Below are positions 8,800 to 18,071 of a DNA stretch of 43,590 bases, piece by piece. Each line of letters opens with the position of its first letter. Position 1 is the first letter of the stretch. Position numbers and translations under genes: made by a program. Source of the stretch: an uncultured Coriobacteriaceae bacterium (GTDB taxonomy: Bacteria; Actinomycetota; Coriobacteriia; Coriobacteriales; CADBOM01); NCBI GenBank assembly GCA_902796325.1, contig CADBOM010000195.1, positions 1 to 43,590 on the forward strand. Reading direction: 5' to 3'. The notes below the pieces were generated by a model. The model was given only the letters and a program-made list of their open reading frames with translations. It did no database searches and was not told where the DNA came from.

Positions 8800-10227
8800 A
8801 TGTGGCTTAGCCGCGGCGAGATGATCGATTGCCTCGATGGCGAGGTTCTCGTGGAGCCGGCAGATAAGGATGCCCTGGTTCGAAAGATCGTATGGGACTC
8901 CAGGCAAATTGAACCCGGATGCGCTTTTCTGGCCATCAGGGGCGAGCGCGTGGATGGAAACACGTTTATAGGGAAAGCCGTGGAAGATGGCGCTGCGTTC
9001 GTGGTGGCAACCGCCAATCCAGGCGAGGACGCGCTGGAGAAATGCCGCAAGGCAGATGCCGCGGTTGTTCTTGTAAGCGACCACATTGCCGCTATGAGCC
9101 AGCTTGCGGCTCGCAACAGGGACAAGGTAGATGCCAACGTGAAAGTGGTTGGCATTACCGGCTCCAGCGGAAAGACCACGACCAAGAACCTGATCAGAGA
9201 TGTTCTTTCCGCAGAATTCAAAACCGTGGCCACGCAGGCGAACCAGAACAACGAGCTCGGTGTTCCCAACACCGTGCTTGGCGCTGATGAGAACACCCAG
9301 ATGCTCGTGGTCGAGATGGGCATGAGGGGCTTCCATCAGCTGGATAAACTGTGCGAGTTCGTGAAGCCAACCATCGGCGTGGTAACCAACATCGGAACCG
9401 CGCATGAGGAGCTTCTGGGCTCTCAGGAGAACATTGCCAAGGCCAAGTCCGAGATGATAGCCGCTCTTCCCGATGGCACTGGTATCGCGGTGCTGAACGG
9501 AGACGACCCGTTCACCCCGAAGATCCGCGAATTTGCCTCGGTGGATTCGCGCGGTGTTCGTGTGATCACCTACGGAGTTGGAGATGGCAACGCGGTTCAT
9601 GCCATGAATATCGATTACGACCGCATTGGCAGGCCGTCGTTCGATATCGAATTCCCCGATGGTAGGGTGTCGCACGTGGATCTTGCCCTCATGGGCGCCC
9701 ATAACGTGATGAACGCCTGCGCAGCTGCCGCTGTTGGATACGTTTGCGATATGCCGATCGAGCGCATATGCAATGCCCTTGGTAGCGCCGAGGGCCAATC
9801 GATGCGCCAGGAAGTCGTCACGGCAAGAAACGGGGCGACCGTTATTAATGACACCTACAACGCCAACCCCGATTCCATGGCCGCGGCGCTATCCTTGCTC
9901 CATATGATTGAATGCGATGGCAAGCGAATTGCGGTTCTGGGAGACATGGGAGAGCTTGGAAACCGCGAGGTGGAGGCCCACGAGAAGGTTGGAAAGCTGG
10001 CCCACGAACGCGGGGTTGACCTGCTCATATGCGTTGGGAGCCTTGCCCGCAACATAGCCGCTGGTGCGATGAGCGCAGGGATGCCACAAGATAAGGTCGT
10101 AGAATGTCAAGATGTTGCGGCAGCCAAGGAAGTGCTCGACTCTGCGCTGGAGCCGCACGATGTAGTGCTTGTCAAGGCTTCCAGGTTCATGGAACTCGAG
10201 AAGCTTGTGAAAGGGTTGGTTGATTGA
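8800..10227 (+). CDS. murF: UDP-MurNAc-tripeptide--D-Ala-D-Ala ligase
   Basis: GITGSSGKTTTK, NNELGVP, VEMGM, NDTYNANPDSM, LGDMGELG, LVKASR. Confidence 0.97.
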   Translation: MWLSRGEMIDCLDGEVLVEPADKDALVRKIVWDSRQIEPGCAFLAIRGERVDGNTFIGKAVEDGAAFVVATANPGEDALEKCRKADAAVVLVSDHIAAMSQLAARNRDKVDANVKVVGITGSSGKTTTKNLIRDVLSAEFKTVATQANQNNELGVPNTVLGADENTQMLVVEMGMRGFHQLDKLCEFVKPTIGVVTNIGTAHEELLGSQENIAKAKSEMIAALPDGTGIAVLNGDDPFTPKIREFASVDSRGVRVITYGVGDGNAVHAMNIDYDRIGRPSFDIEFPDGRVSHVDLALMGAHNVMNACAAAAVGYVCDMPIERICNALGSAEGQSMRQEVVTARNGATVINDTYNANPDSMAAALSLLHMIECDGKRIAVLGDMGELGNREVEAHEKVGKLAHERGVDLLICVGSLARNIAAGAMSAGMPQDKVVECQDVAAAKEVLDSALEPHDVVLVKASRFMELEKLVKGLVD

Positions 10228-11276
10228 TGCTGGGAACAGCTACCTATCCTACGTTTCAGGTTTTTCTCGCCATGTTCGTTACCATGGCGATCACGATGGT
10301 TCTCCTGCCGTTTTTCATCAAGCTGCTAAAGGTCAAGGGAATTGGCCAGCAGGTTAGGGCCGATGGCCCTCAGAGGCACCTTGTAAAGCAGGGCACTCCC
10401 ACGATGGGAGGCGTGATCATCCTCATCGCCGTAACTGTAACCGCGGTGATATTCGGAGCGCTTTCCGAGGGCGTGGAACAAACGGCGATGTTCCTGGTGC
10501 TCGCGGCAACCCTTCTCACGGGACTGCTCGGACTTGTGGACGACGCCACCAAGGTGTTCAAGCAGCGTTCCTTGGGCTTGAGCCCCAAGGCAAAGCTCGT
10601 GGGCCAGTTTGCAATCGCGATAATCTTCTGCCTTCTTGCTGTCAACTTCTGCGGGGTCTCGCCCGTTGTGGATATCCCGTTCGTGGTGTCGTTTGACCTT
10701 GGTGTTCTCACCACCGTCATTCCAATCGGCGGGATGGAGTTCCAAATTCCATGGCTCTACGTCATCTTCGTGGTATTGCTAATGGCCGGAATGTCCAATT
10801 CCGTGAACCTCACCGACGGCCTGGACGGCCTTGCCGGAGGTTGCGTGATGATTGCCATGGGTGCCATGGCGGCAATCGCCTATAGGTCGGACATGCTGTC
10901 GATGGCAACTTTTTGCGGCTCCATCGCGGGCGGCTGCATCGGGTTCCTGTGGTTCAACACCTATCCTGCGAAGATCTTCATGGGTGACACCGGCTCGCTT
11001 GCTTTCGGAACCGCCCTCGCCGCCGTTGCGATAATCACCAAGACCGAGGTTATCTCGCTGGTCATCGGTGGTTTGTTCGTGGCCGAGGCGCTGTCGGTTC
11101 TCCTGCAGGTGGTGCACTTCAAGCGCACCGGCAAGAGAATCTTCCTTATGGCCCCGTTCCACCATCATCTGGAAAAGAAGGGCTGGTCGGAGCCCCAGGT
11201 TGTTACCAGGCTTTGGATCGTCTCGGGATTCCTGGCTTGCATCGGCTTTGCATGGTTCTTCCCAATCGGGATGTAG
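10227..11276 (+). CDS. mraY: Phospho-MurNAc-pentapeptide transferase
   Basis: KQGTPTMGG, NSVNLTDGLDGL, IFMGDTGS, MAPFHHHLE; multiple TM segments. Confidence 0.98.
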   Translation: MLGTATYPTFQVFLAMFVTMAITMVLLPFFIKLLKVKGIGQQVRADGPQRHLVKQGTPTMGGVIILIAVTVTAVIFGALSEGVEQTAMFLVLAATLLTGLLGLVDDATKVFKQRSLGLSPKAKLVGQFAIAIIFCLLAVNFCGVSPVVDIPFVVSFDLGVLTTVIPIGGMEFQIPWLYVIFVVLLMAGMSNSVNLTDGLDGLAGGCVMIAMGAMAAIAYRSDMLSMATFCGSIAGGCIGFLWFNTYPAKIFMGDTGSLAFGTALAAVAIITKTEVISLVIGGLFVAEALSVLLQVVHFKRTGKRIFLMAPFHHHLEKKGWSEPQVVTRLWIVSGFLACIGFAWFFPIGM

Positions 11277-11299
11277 CGCACGGGTTCTAGCGTGGCTGC

Positions 11300-11384
11300 G
11301 TGCGGGCTGCATGTGCGCTCGCGCAAGCCGCACGTGTGCGCGTGCAAGCCGCATGAGCATGTGCAATCCGCATGTGCGTGCAGG
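11300..11384. repeat. Imperfect 17-21-bp tandem repeat (consensus GTGCAAGCCGCATGTGC)
   Basis: Units start at 11300, 11321, 11342, 11361 and 11378 (partial), in the mraY-murD spacer. Confidence 0.75.
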
Positions 11385-11466
11385 ATGAATTTTCGCGCGG
11401 CCCGCGAACCGGGCCGTGCTTTCATATAGCAGAAGGCTTAGGGTATAGCGGAAGGCTTTGGGTATT

Positions 11467-12975
11467 ATGTCCCACATACATTACGAGAACGTTGTGATAG
11501 TTGGCCTGGGTAGAAGCGGCAGCGCTGCTGCCAAGTATTGCCTTGCTCATCTGAGCTCCAATCCAGATAGGCCAGACGATGGCTTTACGGTTGGAAACAT
11601 CACCGTTTATGGAGGAAAGTCCAATCCGGGTGCCGAAGCCGTGGCCAAGACCATACGCCAGGCAGGTTGCGAGGTTATCTTCGATTCAGAGGACGTTAAA
11701 GGGTCGTACGACCTTGCTGTGGTGAGCCCTGGAATCTCGGAGAACTCAGATTTCTACAAGGCCGCCAAGTCAGCTTCCAAGGAGATAATCAGCGAGCCCG
11801 AGCTGGCATACCGCGTGTCCCCTCAAAGGTGGATTGGCATTACCGGCACGAATGGCAAGACCACAACTACCACGCTCACCGAGCATCTTCTCAACACCGC
11901 TGGAATTACCGCCAAAGCCTGCGGCAACATCGGGCTACCCTGCATCAGCACGGTGGAGGATCGCACGGACGGAGATTATCTGGTGGCCGAGCTCTCGTCG
12001 TTCCAGCTGGCTTCGACCTCCCGCTTCAGGCCAAAGGTTGCCGTTCTTCTCAACATCACCCCGGACCATGTGGAATGGCATGGCTCACTCAAGGCTTATG
12101 CTGCAGCCAAGGCCAAGATCTTCGCAAACCAGGGTCCGGACGATTTCGCAATCGTCGACTGCACCGCAAAGCCCACGCTCGAGGTTGCTCAGCGCTTGGT
12201 TTCGAGCGATCGCTCGGTAATATGCATCGGAGGTCCCGAGGGCATGGAAACCGGGTATCACCCCAGCGACTTCATCGGCATGTCCAATGCCCCAATCCTG
12301 AAGCACAAGGGATATGCCTTCATCTTCCATGGCCAGCTCGTGGTGGAGATTGACGGATTCGAGCACGACCTCGCTATGGTCGACGACATGCAGATCAAGG
12401 GCTCGCACAACATGCAGAATGCACTCGCGGCGGCTGCAGCCGCAATCGTTGCAGGTGCAAGCGACGAGGATGTTACCAAGGGTCTTTTGAGCTTTGCCCC
12501 GCTCGAGCACAGGGTAGAGCCCTGCGGCGAGCTCGATGGAGTGAGCTTCTACAACGATTCCAAGGCAACCAACACCGATTCTGCCGCCAAGGCTCTCACC
12601 GCATTCGTTGGTAAACCCGTGATCATCCTTCTCGGAGGCCACGATAAGGGCACCGACCTCACCGACCTTGTAGATGACGTGCTTGGGCAGTGCAAGGCTG
12701 CGGTTTGCTTTGGCGAATCCCGCAATAGGTTCGTGGGAGCATTCGAGGATGGGGCCAAGAGGTACGAGGAAGCCAAAGGCGAGCAAACGGCTTGCAAGCT
12801 AATCCAGGCAGAGCACCTGCAACAGGCGCTCGATGCGGCTGTTGATTTCTCTGAAAGCGGTGACATCGTGCTGCTCTCCCCGGCATGCTCGTCTTTCGAT
12901 GAATTCAAATCGTTCGAGCAACGCGGCGAGGTTTTCAAGCAGATGGTGGCAGACATCATAGCGGCGGCAAAGTAG
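11467..12975 (+). CDS. murD: UDP-MurNAc-L-Ala--D-glutamate ligase
   Basis: GLGRSG, VVSPGI, GITGTNGKTTTT, ELSSFQL, LNITPDH, NDSKATN, LLSPACSSFD. Start 11467 ATG or 11458 TTG. Confidence 0.97.
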   Translation: MSHIHYENVVIVGLGRSGSAAAKYCLAHLSSNPDRPDDGFTVGNITVYGGKSNPGAEAVAKTIRQAGCEVIFDSEDVKGSYDLAVVSPGISENSDFYKAAKSASKEIISEPELAYRVSPQRWIGITGTNGKTTTTTLTEHLLNTAGITAKACGNIGLPCISTVEDRTDGDYLVAELSSFQLASTSRFRPKVAVLLNITPDHVEWHGSLKAYAAAKAKIFANQGPDDFAIVDCTAKPTLEVAQRLVSSDRSVICIGGPEGMETGYHPSDFIGMSNAPILKHKGYAFIFHGQLVVEIDGFEHDLAMVDDMQIKGSHNMQNALAAAAAAIVAGASDEDVTKGLLSFAPLEHRVEPCGELDGVSFYNDSKATNTDSAAKALTAFVGKPVIILLGGHDKGTDLTDLVDDVLGQCKAAVCFGESRNRFVGAFEDGAKRYEEAKGEQTACKLIQAEHLQQALDAAVDFSESGDIVLLSPACSSFDEFKSFEQRGEVFKQMVADIIAAAK

Positions 12976-13008
12976 TTCCCGATACATCGGCAATCAGGCA
13001 GGAAACGC

Positions 13009-14223
13009 GTGAAAGAAGCAGAAACGAACAACATACGCGCCCGCTCCAGATTGGGCTCGGACTCTCGTCCAGATGTATCCATCCTCATACCAAGGCTGGT
13101 GCTCATCGGCATCGTTGCCGTGCTCATGGTGTTCGGCACGGTGATGATCTACTCCGCCTCGTCGGTAGAGGCCTATTCCACCTATGGCGACTCCATGTAC
13201 TTTTTCAAGCGTCAGCTAGCCCTAGCTGCGGCGGGCGTCGCTGCAGCGGTGGTTATAACGCGAATTCCGCTCAGCTTCTGGTTGAAAGAGTACGTTGCCT
13301 GGGGATTTTGGGCAGTAGTGGTTCTGGTGTTGGGCGCTAACCTGGCGATGGGATTCGTTGGCTTTGGCGCCAAGCGTTGGATTGCAGTTGGAGGCTTTAC
13401 TTTCCAGCCCTCGGAATTTGCAAAGATATCCGTGATGATTCTATGCACGTTCCTGCTGGTTAAATACAGGTCTGGTGGATACAGGAGCTTCTGGATGTTC
13501 CTCCTGCAGTTCGTTGGTGCTGTTGTTTGCCCTGCGGCTCTCGTTCTCATTCAGCCAGACCTTGGCACCACCATCGTGATCATGGTGGGGGTTCTCGCAA
13601 CGATGTGGTTTGGAGAAGTGTCCCGAAAGATGGTGGGCGTCATCCTCGTCGCTGTGGTTTTGGTTGCGGTAGTTGCAGTTACGGCCAAGGGATTCCGAAG
13701 CTCGAGGATAGAAGCTTGGCTAGACCCATGGAGCGACCCGTTGGGCAACGGATACCAGATCATCAACTCTTTCTATGCGTTCTCTAACGGAGGGTTGTTT
13801 GGAGTTGGCCTTGGCAATTCCACCCAGAAGTACCTGTACCTGCCATTTGCCTACAACGACTTCATCTTCGCCGTGGTGGGCGAGGAGTTTGGGCTTCTCG
13901 GATGCGTGATCCTGATCGGACTTTTCTTCGCGCTGCTTTTTGTGAGCTTCAGGATCGGCAACATGGCTTCAGACATGTTTGGAAAGATCATCGCCAACAC
14001 GTCGGCTCTGCTCATAGTGTTCCAGGCGTATCTCAACATGGCATGCGTAATAGGCGTTCTGCCCGTAACGGGTAAGCCGCTGCCGTTCATCAGCTATGGT
14101 GGAACTTCGATTGTTACCACGATGATGCTCGTGGGTTTCATCCTGGCGGTTTCGATGCAAGATACCTTCGATGCTCCAACCAAGAGGAGAAACTCCATCA
14201 AGGTGTATTCCGGAGACCGCTAG
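13009..14223 (+). CDS. ftsW: SEDS peptidoglycan glycosyltransferase FtsW
   Basis: GAKRWI, FQPSEFAK, QPDLGT, GYQ, GVGLGNS, DFIFAVVGEEFG, LPFISYGGTS. Confidence 0.96.
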   Translation: MKEAETNNIRARSRLGSDSRPDVSILIPRLVLIGIVAVLMVFGTVMIYSASSVEAYSTYGDSMYFFKRQLALAAAGVAAAVVITRIPLSFWLKEYVAWGFWAVVVLVLGANLAMGFVGFGAKRWIAVGGFTFQPSEFAKISVMILCTFLLVKYRSGGYRSFWMFLLQFVGAVVCPAALVLIQPDLGTTIVIMVGVLATMWFGEVSRKMVGVILVAVVLVAVVAVTAKGFRSSRIEAWLDPWSDPLGNGYQIINSFYAFSNGGLFGVGLGNSTQKYLYLPFAYNDFIFAVVGEEFGLLGCVILIGLFFALLFVSFRIGNMASDMFGKIIANTSALLIVFQAYLNMACVIGVLPVTGKPLPFISYGGTSIVTTMMLVGFILAVSMQDTFDAPTKRRNSIKVYSGDR

Positions 14224-14333
14224 AGCCTCCGCTGTCGCTGATAGCTGGGCTGTTCATGCAGAGCCTGAATTCATGTCCGGGGCAGGCGTTAAGATATAGT
14301 TGAGCAAACGGTTTGGGTTTCTCGAGAGGTTAT

Positions 14334-14402
14334 GGCTGCGAAAAGCAGCCGCGAGAAGTTAGCCGCGCAAAGGGTAGCCGTGCAAAGGCAACCTTGAAAA
14401 GG
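14334..14402. repeat. Imperfect 13-15-bp tandem repeat (consensus AGCCGCGCAAAGG)
   Basis: GGCTGCGAAAAGC, AGCCGCGAGAAGTT, AGCCGCGCAAAGGGT, AGCCGTGCAAAGGC, AACCTTGAAAAGG in the ftsW-murG spacer. Confidence 0.7.
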
Positions 14403-14494
14403 CCGCAGCAAGAAGGCAAACGCGGCGGTCCCGCTCAAAGGCTGTTGCTAAAAAGATTGCGGGAGCAACCGCTTTTCTTGATAAGGAGTATGTT

Positions 14495-15667
14495 TTGAAG
14501 TTCGTAATTTCCGGCGGTGGAACCGCTGGCCATATATATCCGGCAGTGGCTGTTGGAAAACAGCTGCAGTCTATGGGGCACGATGTGATTTTCGCGGGCA
14601 CTCCACACGGGCTGGAAGCAACCCTTGCTCCACAGGCCGGGTTCCCGTTCGAGGCCTTCGACGTATCCGGATTCAATCGCAACCATCCCACCACTCTCTT
14701 CAAGTCTTCTGTGAAGGCTTTAAAGAGTTCCTCCAAGGCCAAGAAGTGGCTTAAGGAGATAGATGCCGACGCCGTGGTTGGCTTCGGAGGATATGTTTCC
14801 ATACCAGTTGGAAAGGGAGCAGAGGACCTTGGCATTCCGCTCATCATCCACGAGCAGAACTCCGCTTGCGGCATGGCCAACAAGTATCTGGCCCCGCACG
14901 CTTCGGCCATAGCCCTCACTTATGAGGCGGCTCTAAAGGACCTCGACGCAAAGTGCCCGGTGTTCATCACCGGAAACCCGGTTAGGCCCGAGATGCTCAC
15001 GGTGGAGAGAATTTCCGCTAGGGAAATGCTGCGCATACCTCAGGATGCAGAGTTCCTGTTCGTGTTCGGCGGTTCGCTTGGCGCAAGGCACATCAACACA
15101 GCGATATCCAATCTTGCTCCCAAGCTGCTGGAGAGGCAGGATCTCTACATCATCCACGTAACCGGCCCCAAGGAATACGACACCGTGAAGGCCGATCTAG
15201 ATGCAAAGGGAATCGCAACCTCTGGTCCCGATTTCGATGCCGAGGGCGGATGGAGCAACCCGGGCCAACGCTACATGCTCACGGGTTATTTCAACCATAT
15301 GGGAGAGGCACTGGCTGCAAGCGACGTGATCGTCTCCCGTGCAGGTGCAACCTCTCTGGCCGAGATAACCACGGTGGGAGCCGTTGCCCTTCTGGTCCCA
15401 TACCCATATGCCACCGACGATCATCAAACAAAGAACGCATCGGCTCTCGTGGAGTCCGGGGCAGCCTACATGTGCTCCGACGATGTGGTTGAAACCCAGG
15501 AATTCGAGGACAAGCTCAACGACCTTCTGGATAGCCCAGAGAAGCGCGAGCAAATGAGAGAGCTAACCAAGAAGCTTGGTCGCGATAATGCAGCCGCCAA
15601 GGTTGCAGATCTAGCGGTCGAGGCTGCCAATGGAGAGGTTAAGGGCGGTGACTTCAATGCGCGATAA
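14495..15667 (+). CDS. murG: Lipid II GlcNAc transferase MurG
   Basis: GGGTAGHIYP, GFGGYVS, HEQN, TGNPVR, GGSLGA, SRAGA, HQTKNA; TTG start after AAGGAG. Confidence 0.97.
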   Translation: MKFVISGGGTAGHIYPAVAVGKQLQSMGHDVIFAGTPHGLEATLAPQAGFPFEAFDVSGFNRNHPTTLFKSSVKALKSSSKAKKWLKEIDADAVVGFGGYVSIPVGKGAEDLGIPLIIHEQNSACGMANKYLAPHASAIALTYEAALKDLDAKCPVFITGNPVRPEMLTVERISAREMLRIPQDAEFLFVFGGSLGARHINTAISNLAPKLLERQDLYIIHVTGPKEYDTVKADLDAKGIATSGPDFDAEGGWSNPGQRYMLTGYFNHMGEALAASDVIVSRAGATSLAEITTVGAVALLVPYPYATDDHQTKNASALVESGAAYMCSDDVVETQEFEDKLNDLLDSPEKREQMRELTKKLGRDNAAAKVADLAVEAANGEVKGGDFNAR

Positions 15668-17060
15668 CGATTTTGGAAACACCGATTTTCACCGTGTGCA
15701 CTTCATCGGCATAGGTGGAGTTGGAATGAGCGGCATTGCGTCGGTTGCGAAGAAGGAGGGGATGTACGTTAGCGGTTCCGACCTCAAGGAATCCAAGTAC
15801 ACCATGACCCTTCGCAAAGAGGGCATAGACCTCTTCATTGGCCAGGCTGCCGAGAACATCGCGAAGGCAAACCCAGATGTAGTGGTGGTTTCGAGCGCCA
15901 TTCATGACAACAACCCCGAGCTCATCGCCGCAAAGGAGGCTGGGCTTCCAATTTGGATGCGCGCCAAGATGCTGGCATATGTTAGCCGCAACTACAAGGT
16001 CATAGCCTGTGCGGGAACCCACGGCAAGACCACGACCTCGTCCATGCTTTCTTCGGCCCTGTACCAGCTAGGTGCCGATCCGGCGTTCCTGGTTGGGGGA
16101 ATCCTCGATGGGTTCGACACCAATGCACGCTATGGCAAGGGCGATTACTGCGTCATGGAGGCCGACGAGTCCGATGGGTCGTTCACCTATCTCGACCCGT
16201 ATATCGCGGTTATCACAAATGTCGAGGAAGACCACATGGACCACTATGCCAACCTCGACGAGATCAAGCAGGCCTTCTCCGACTTCATCAAGGACATTCC
16301 CGAAGACGGCGCAGCCATTGTTTGCGGCGAAACCGATTTTCTGCCACAGCTGGCACGCAATGCCACGAAGGCCAACGTGATTGTTTACGGCATGGGAGTC
16401 AATGCCGACGTTAAGGTGGCGCCTGGCGAGGGCACTACCTTCGCCATCACCATGCAGGATGGCGAGAAGGCAACGGTAACCCTGGCTGCAAATCCAGGCG
16501 TTCACAACATGCTTAACGCCGCAGCCGTGATTACCTCCCTCATGTACGTTGGGTATAGCCTCGAGGAAAGCGTGCGTGCCGTAGAGGGATTCAGCGGCGT
16601 CAGGCGCAGGTTCGATCTTGTGGGCAAGGTTGACGGCGTAACCATCGTGGACGATTACGGACATCACCCAACCGAGATTGCCGCGACGATCGCTGCTGCC
16701 AGACGCATGGGATACAAGCGCATCCACGTGCTGTTCCAACCGCACCGCTATTCTCGCACCGAGAGCCTTGCAGCTGAGTTTGGACCGGCGTTCGACCAGG
16801 CCGATCGCGTGACGGTTATGAACATCTACTCCGCTGGCGAGACCCCCATTCCAGGCATCACCGGAAAAACCGTCGTGGATGCCGTGCTTGCTCACGACCC
16901 CGGCAAAGACATCTCCTGGGTTGAGAACAAGGCCGACATCGTGGAGTACCTCGCAGATTGGCTGCAGGACGGGGATTTGCTCATCACCATGGGAGCGGGA
17001 GACGTCACCGCCATGGGTCCGCAGGTTCTCGACGCCCTCGTTCAAAAACAGCACGGATAA
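15657..17060 (+). CDS. murC: UDP-MurNAc--L-alanine ligase
   Basis: HFIGIGGVGMSG, AGTHGKTTTSSM, EADESD, DDYGHHPTEI, FQPHRYSRT, MGAGD. Start chosen at ATG 15657. Confidence 0.97.
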   Translation: MRDNDFGNTDFHRVHFIGIGGVGMSGIASVAKKEGMYVSGSDLKESKYTMTLRKEGIDLFIGQAAENIAKANPDVVVVSSAIHDNNPELIAAKEAGLPIWMRAKMLAYVSRNYKVIACAGTHGKTTTSSMLSSALYQLGADPAFLVGGILDGFDTNARYGKGDYCVMEADESDGSFTYLDPYIAVITNVEEDHMDHYANLDEIKQAFSDFIKDIPEDGAAIVCGETDFLPQLARNATKANVIVYGMGVNADVKVAPGEGTTFAITMQDGEKATVTLAANPGVHNMLNAAAVITSLMYVGYSLEESVRAVEGFSGVRRRFDLVGKVDGVTIVDDYGHHPTEIAATIAAARRMGYKRIHVLFQPHRYSRTESLAAEFGPAFDQADRVTVMNIYSAGETPIPGITGKTVVDAVLAHDPGKDISWVENKADIVEYLADWLQDGDLLITMGAGDVTAMGPQVLDALVQKQHG

Positions 17061-17072
17061 CGGTATTCGCTT

Positions 17073-18071
17073 ATGGGAGTGAAGGACGCATACACCAGGA
17101 TTGCCGAGCAGAAGATTGCCAGCGTTTACGAAGGCGAGCGTCTTAGCAGGCATACCACGTTCCGGATAGGCGGGCCTGCTGCCGCGCTCGTGGAGTGCGA
17201 CACCCTTAGCCAGCTCACTAACGTGATCGATATAGCCAATGGGTGCGATTGCCCGTGGACTGTGATAGGCAAGGGCTCCAACATCCTCGTGGCGGATTCC
17301 GGTTACGACGGGATCGTCATATCGCTCGGGCGCGACTTCAAGCGGTTCGCATTCGTGGGTATCGATGACGCCGTTATGGGCGAAGCCGGCGTAGATAGCG
17401 ATGCAAATGGCGATTCCAACGACGATGGCGCTCATGACAAGAACGGTCAGTCGGGGGTCATGGTTTGCGGCGCCGGGATGTCTCTTGGCAGGCTCGTTCA
17501 GGAGACGTTCAAGCGCGGGTACACGGGATTTGAGTTCGCGGTTGGAATTCCGGGCTCGTTCGGCGGTGCCGTGTGCATGAACGCTGGCAACAAGCTCCAT
17601 ACCGCGGGGCAGGTCGTGCGATCCGTTTTGGTGTACAGGCCAGGAGAGGGTCTTAACAGATACTATTCCGAGGATCTGCCATGGATTTACCGCTATGCGG
17701 GCATTCCGCGCGGCGAGGTTGTCTTGGAGGCCGAGGTGAGGGTTGCCAAGGGCAACAAGGCCAAGGTTCAAAGAGATATGGAAACAGAGCTCTCCCTTAG
17801 GAAGGTAAGGCAGCCCAAGGGGCTTAACGCAGGGAGCATTTTCAGGAACCCAGTGGGCGACTCAGCGGGTAGGCTGATAGACCAGGCCGGGTTCAAGGGC
17901 TATAGGATTGGCGGCGCGATGGTGTCCGACGTGCACGCCAACTTCATAATCAATGTAGACAACGCGACGGCGCGCGATGTGCTGTCGCTGATCACTGTAA
18001 TTCGCAATCGGGTGAAAGAGCTTTATGGCATCGAACTCCAACCAGAGATCAAATTCCTCGGCTTCGCGTAA
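17073..18071 (+). CDS. murB: UDP-N-acetylenolpyruvoylglucosamine reductase
   Basis: HTTFRIGGPA, GKGSNILV, GIPGSFGGAVCMNAG, AGSIFRNP, HANFIIN; acidic loop insertion. Confidence 0.96.
   Translation: MGVKDAYTRIAEQKIASVYEGERLSRHTTFRIGGPAAALVECDTLSQLTNVIDIANGCDCPWTVIGKGSNILVADSGYDGIVISLGRDFKRFAFVGIDDAVMGEAGVDSDANGDSNDDGAHDKNGQSGVMVCGAGMSLGRLVQETFKRGYTGFEFAVGIPGSFGGAVCMNAGNKLHTAGQVVRSVLVYRPGEGLNRYYSEDLPWIYRYAGIPRGEVVLEAEVRVAKGNKAKVQRDMETELSLRKVRQPKGLNAGSIFRNPVGDSAGRLIDQAGFKGYRIGGAMVSDVHANFIINVDNATARDVLSLITVIRNRVKELYGIELQPEIKFLGFA

Noticed and set aside
8143-9798. 551-aa antisense ORF over murE/murF (also 16068-17771, 20640-21830, 383-1297, 2741-3673)
   Set aside because: Shadow ORFs opposite well-conserved genes; expected from GC-rich codon bias, with no recognisable motifs.
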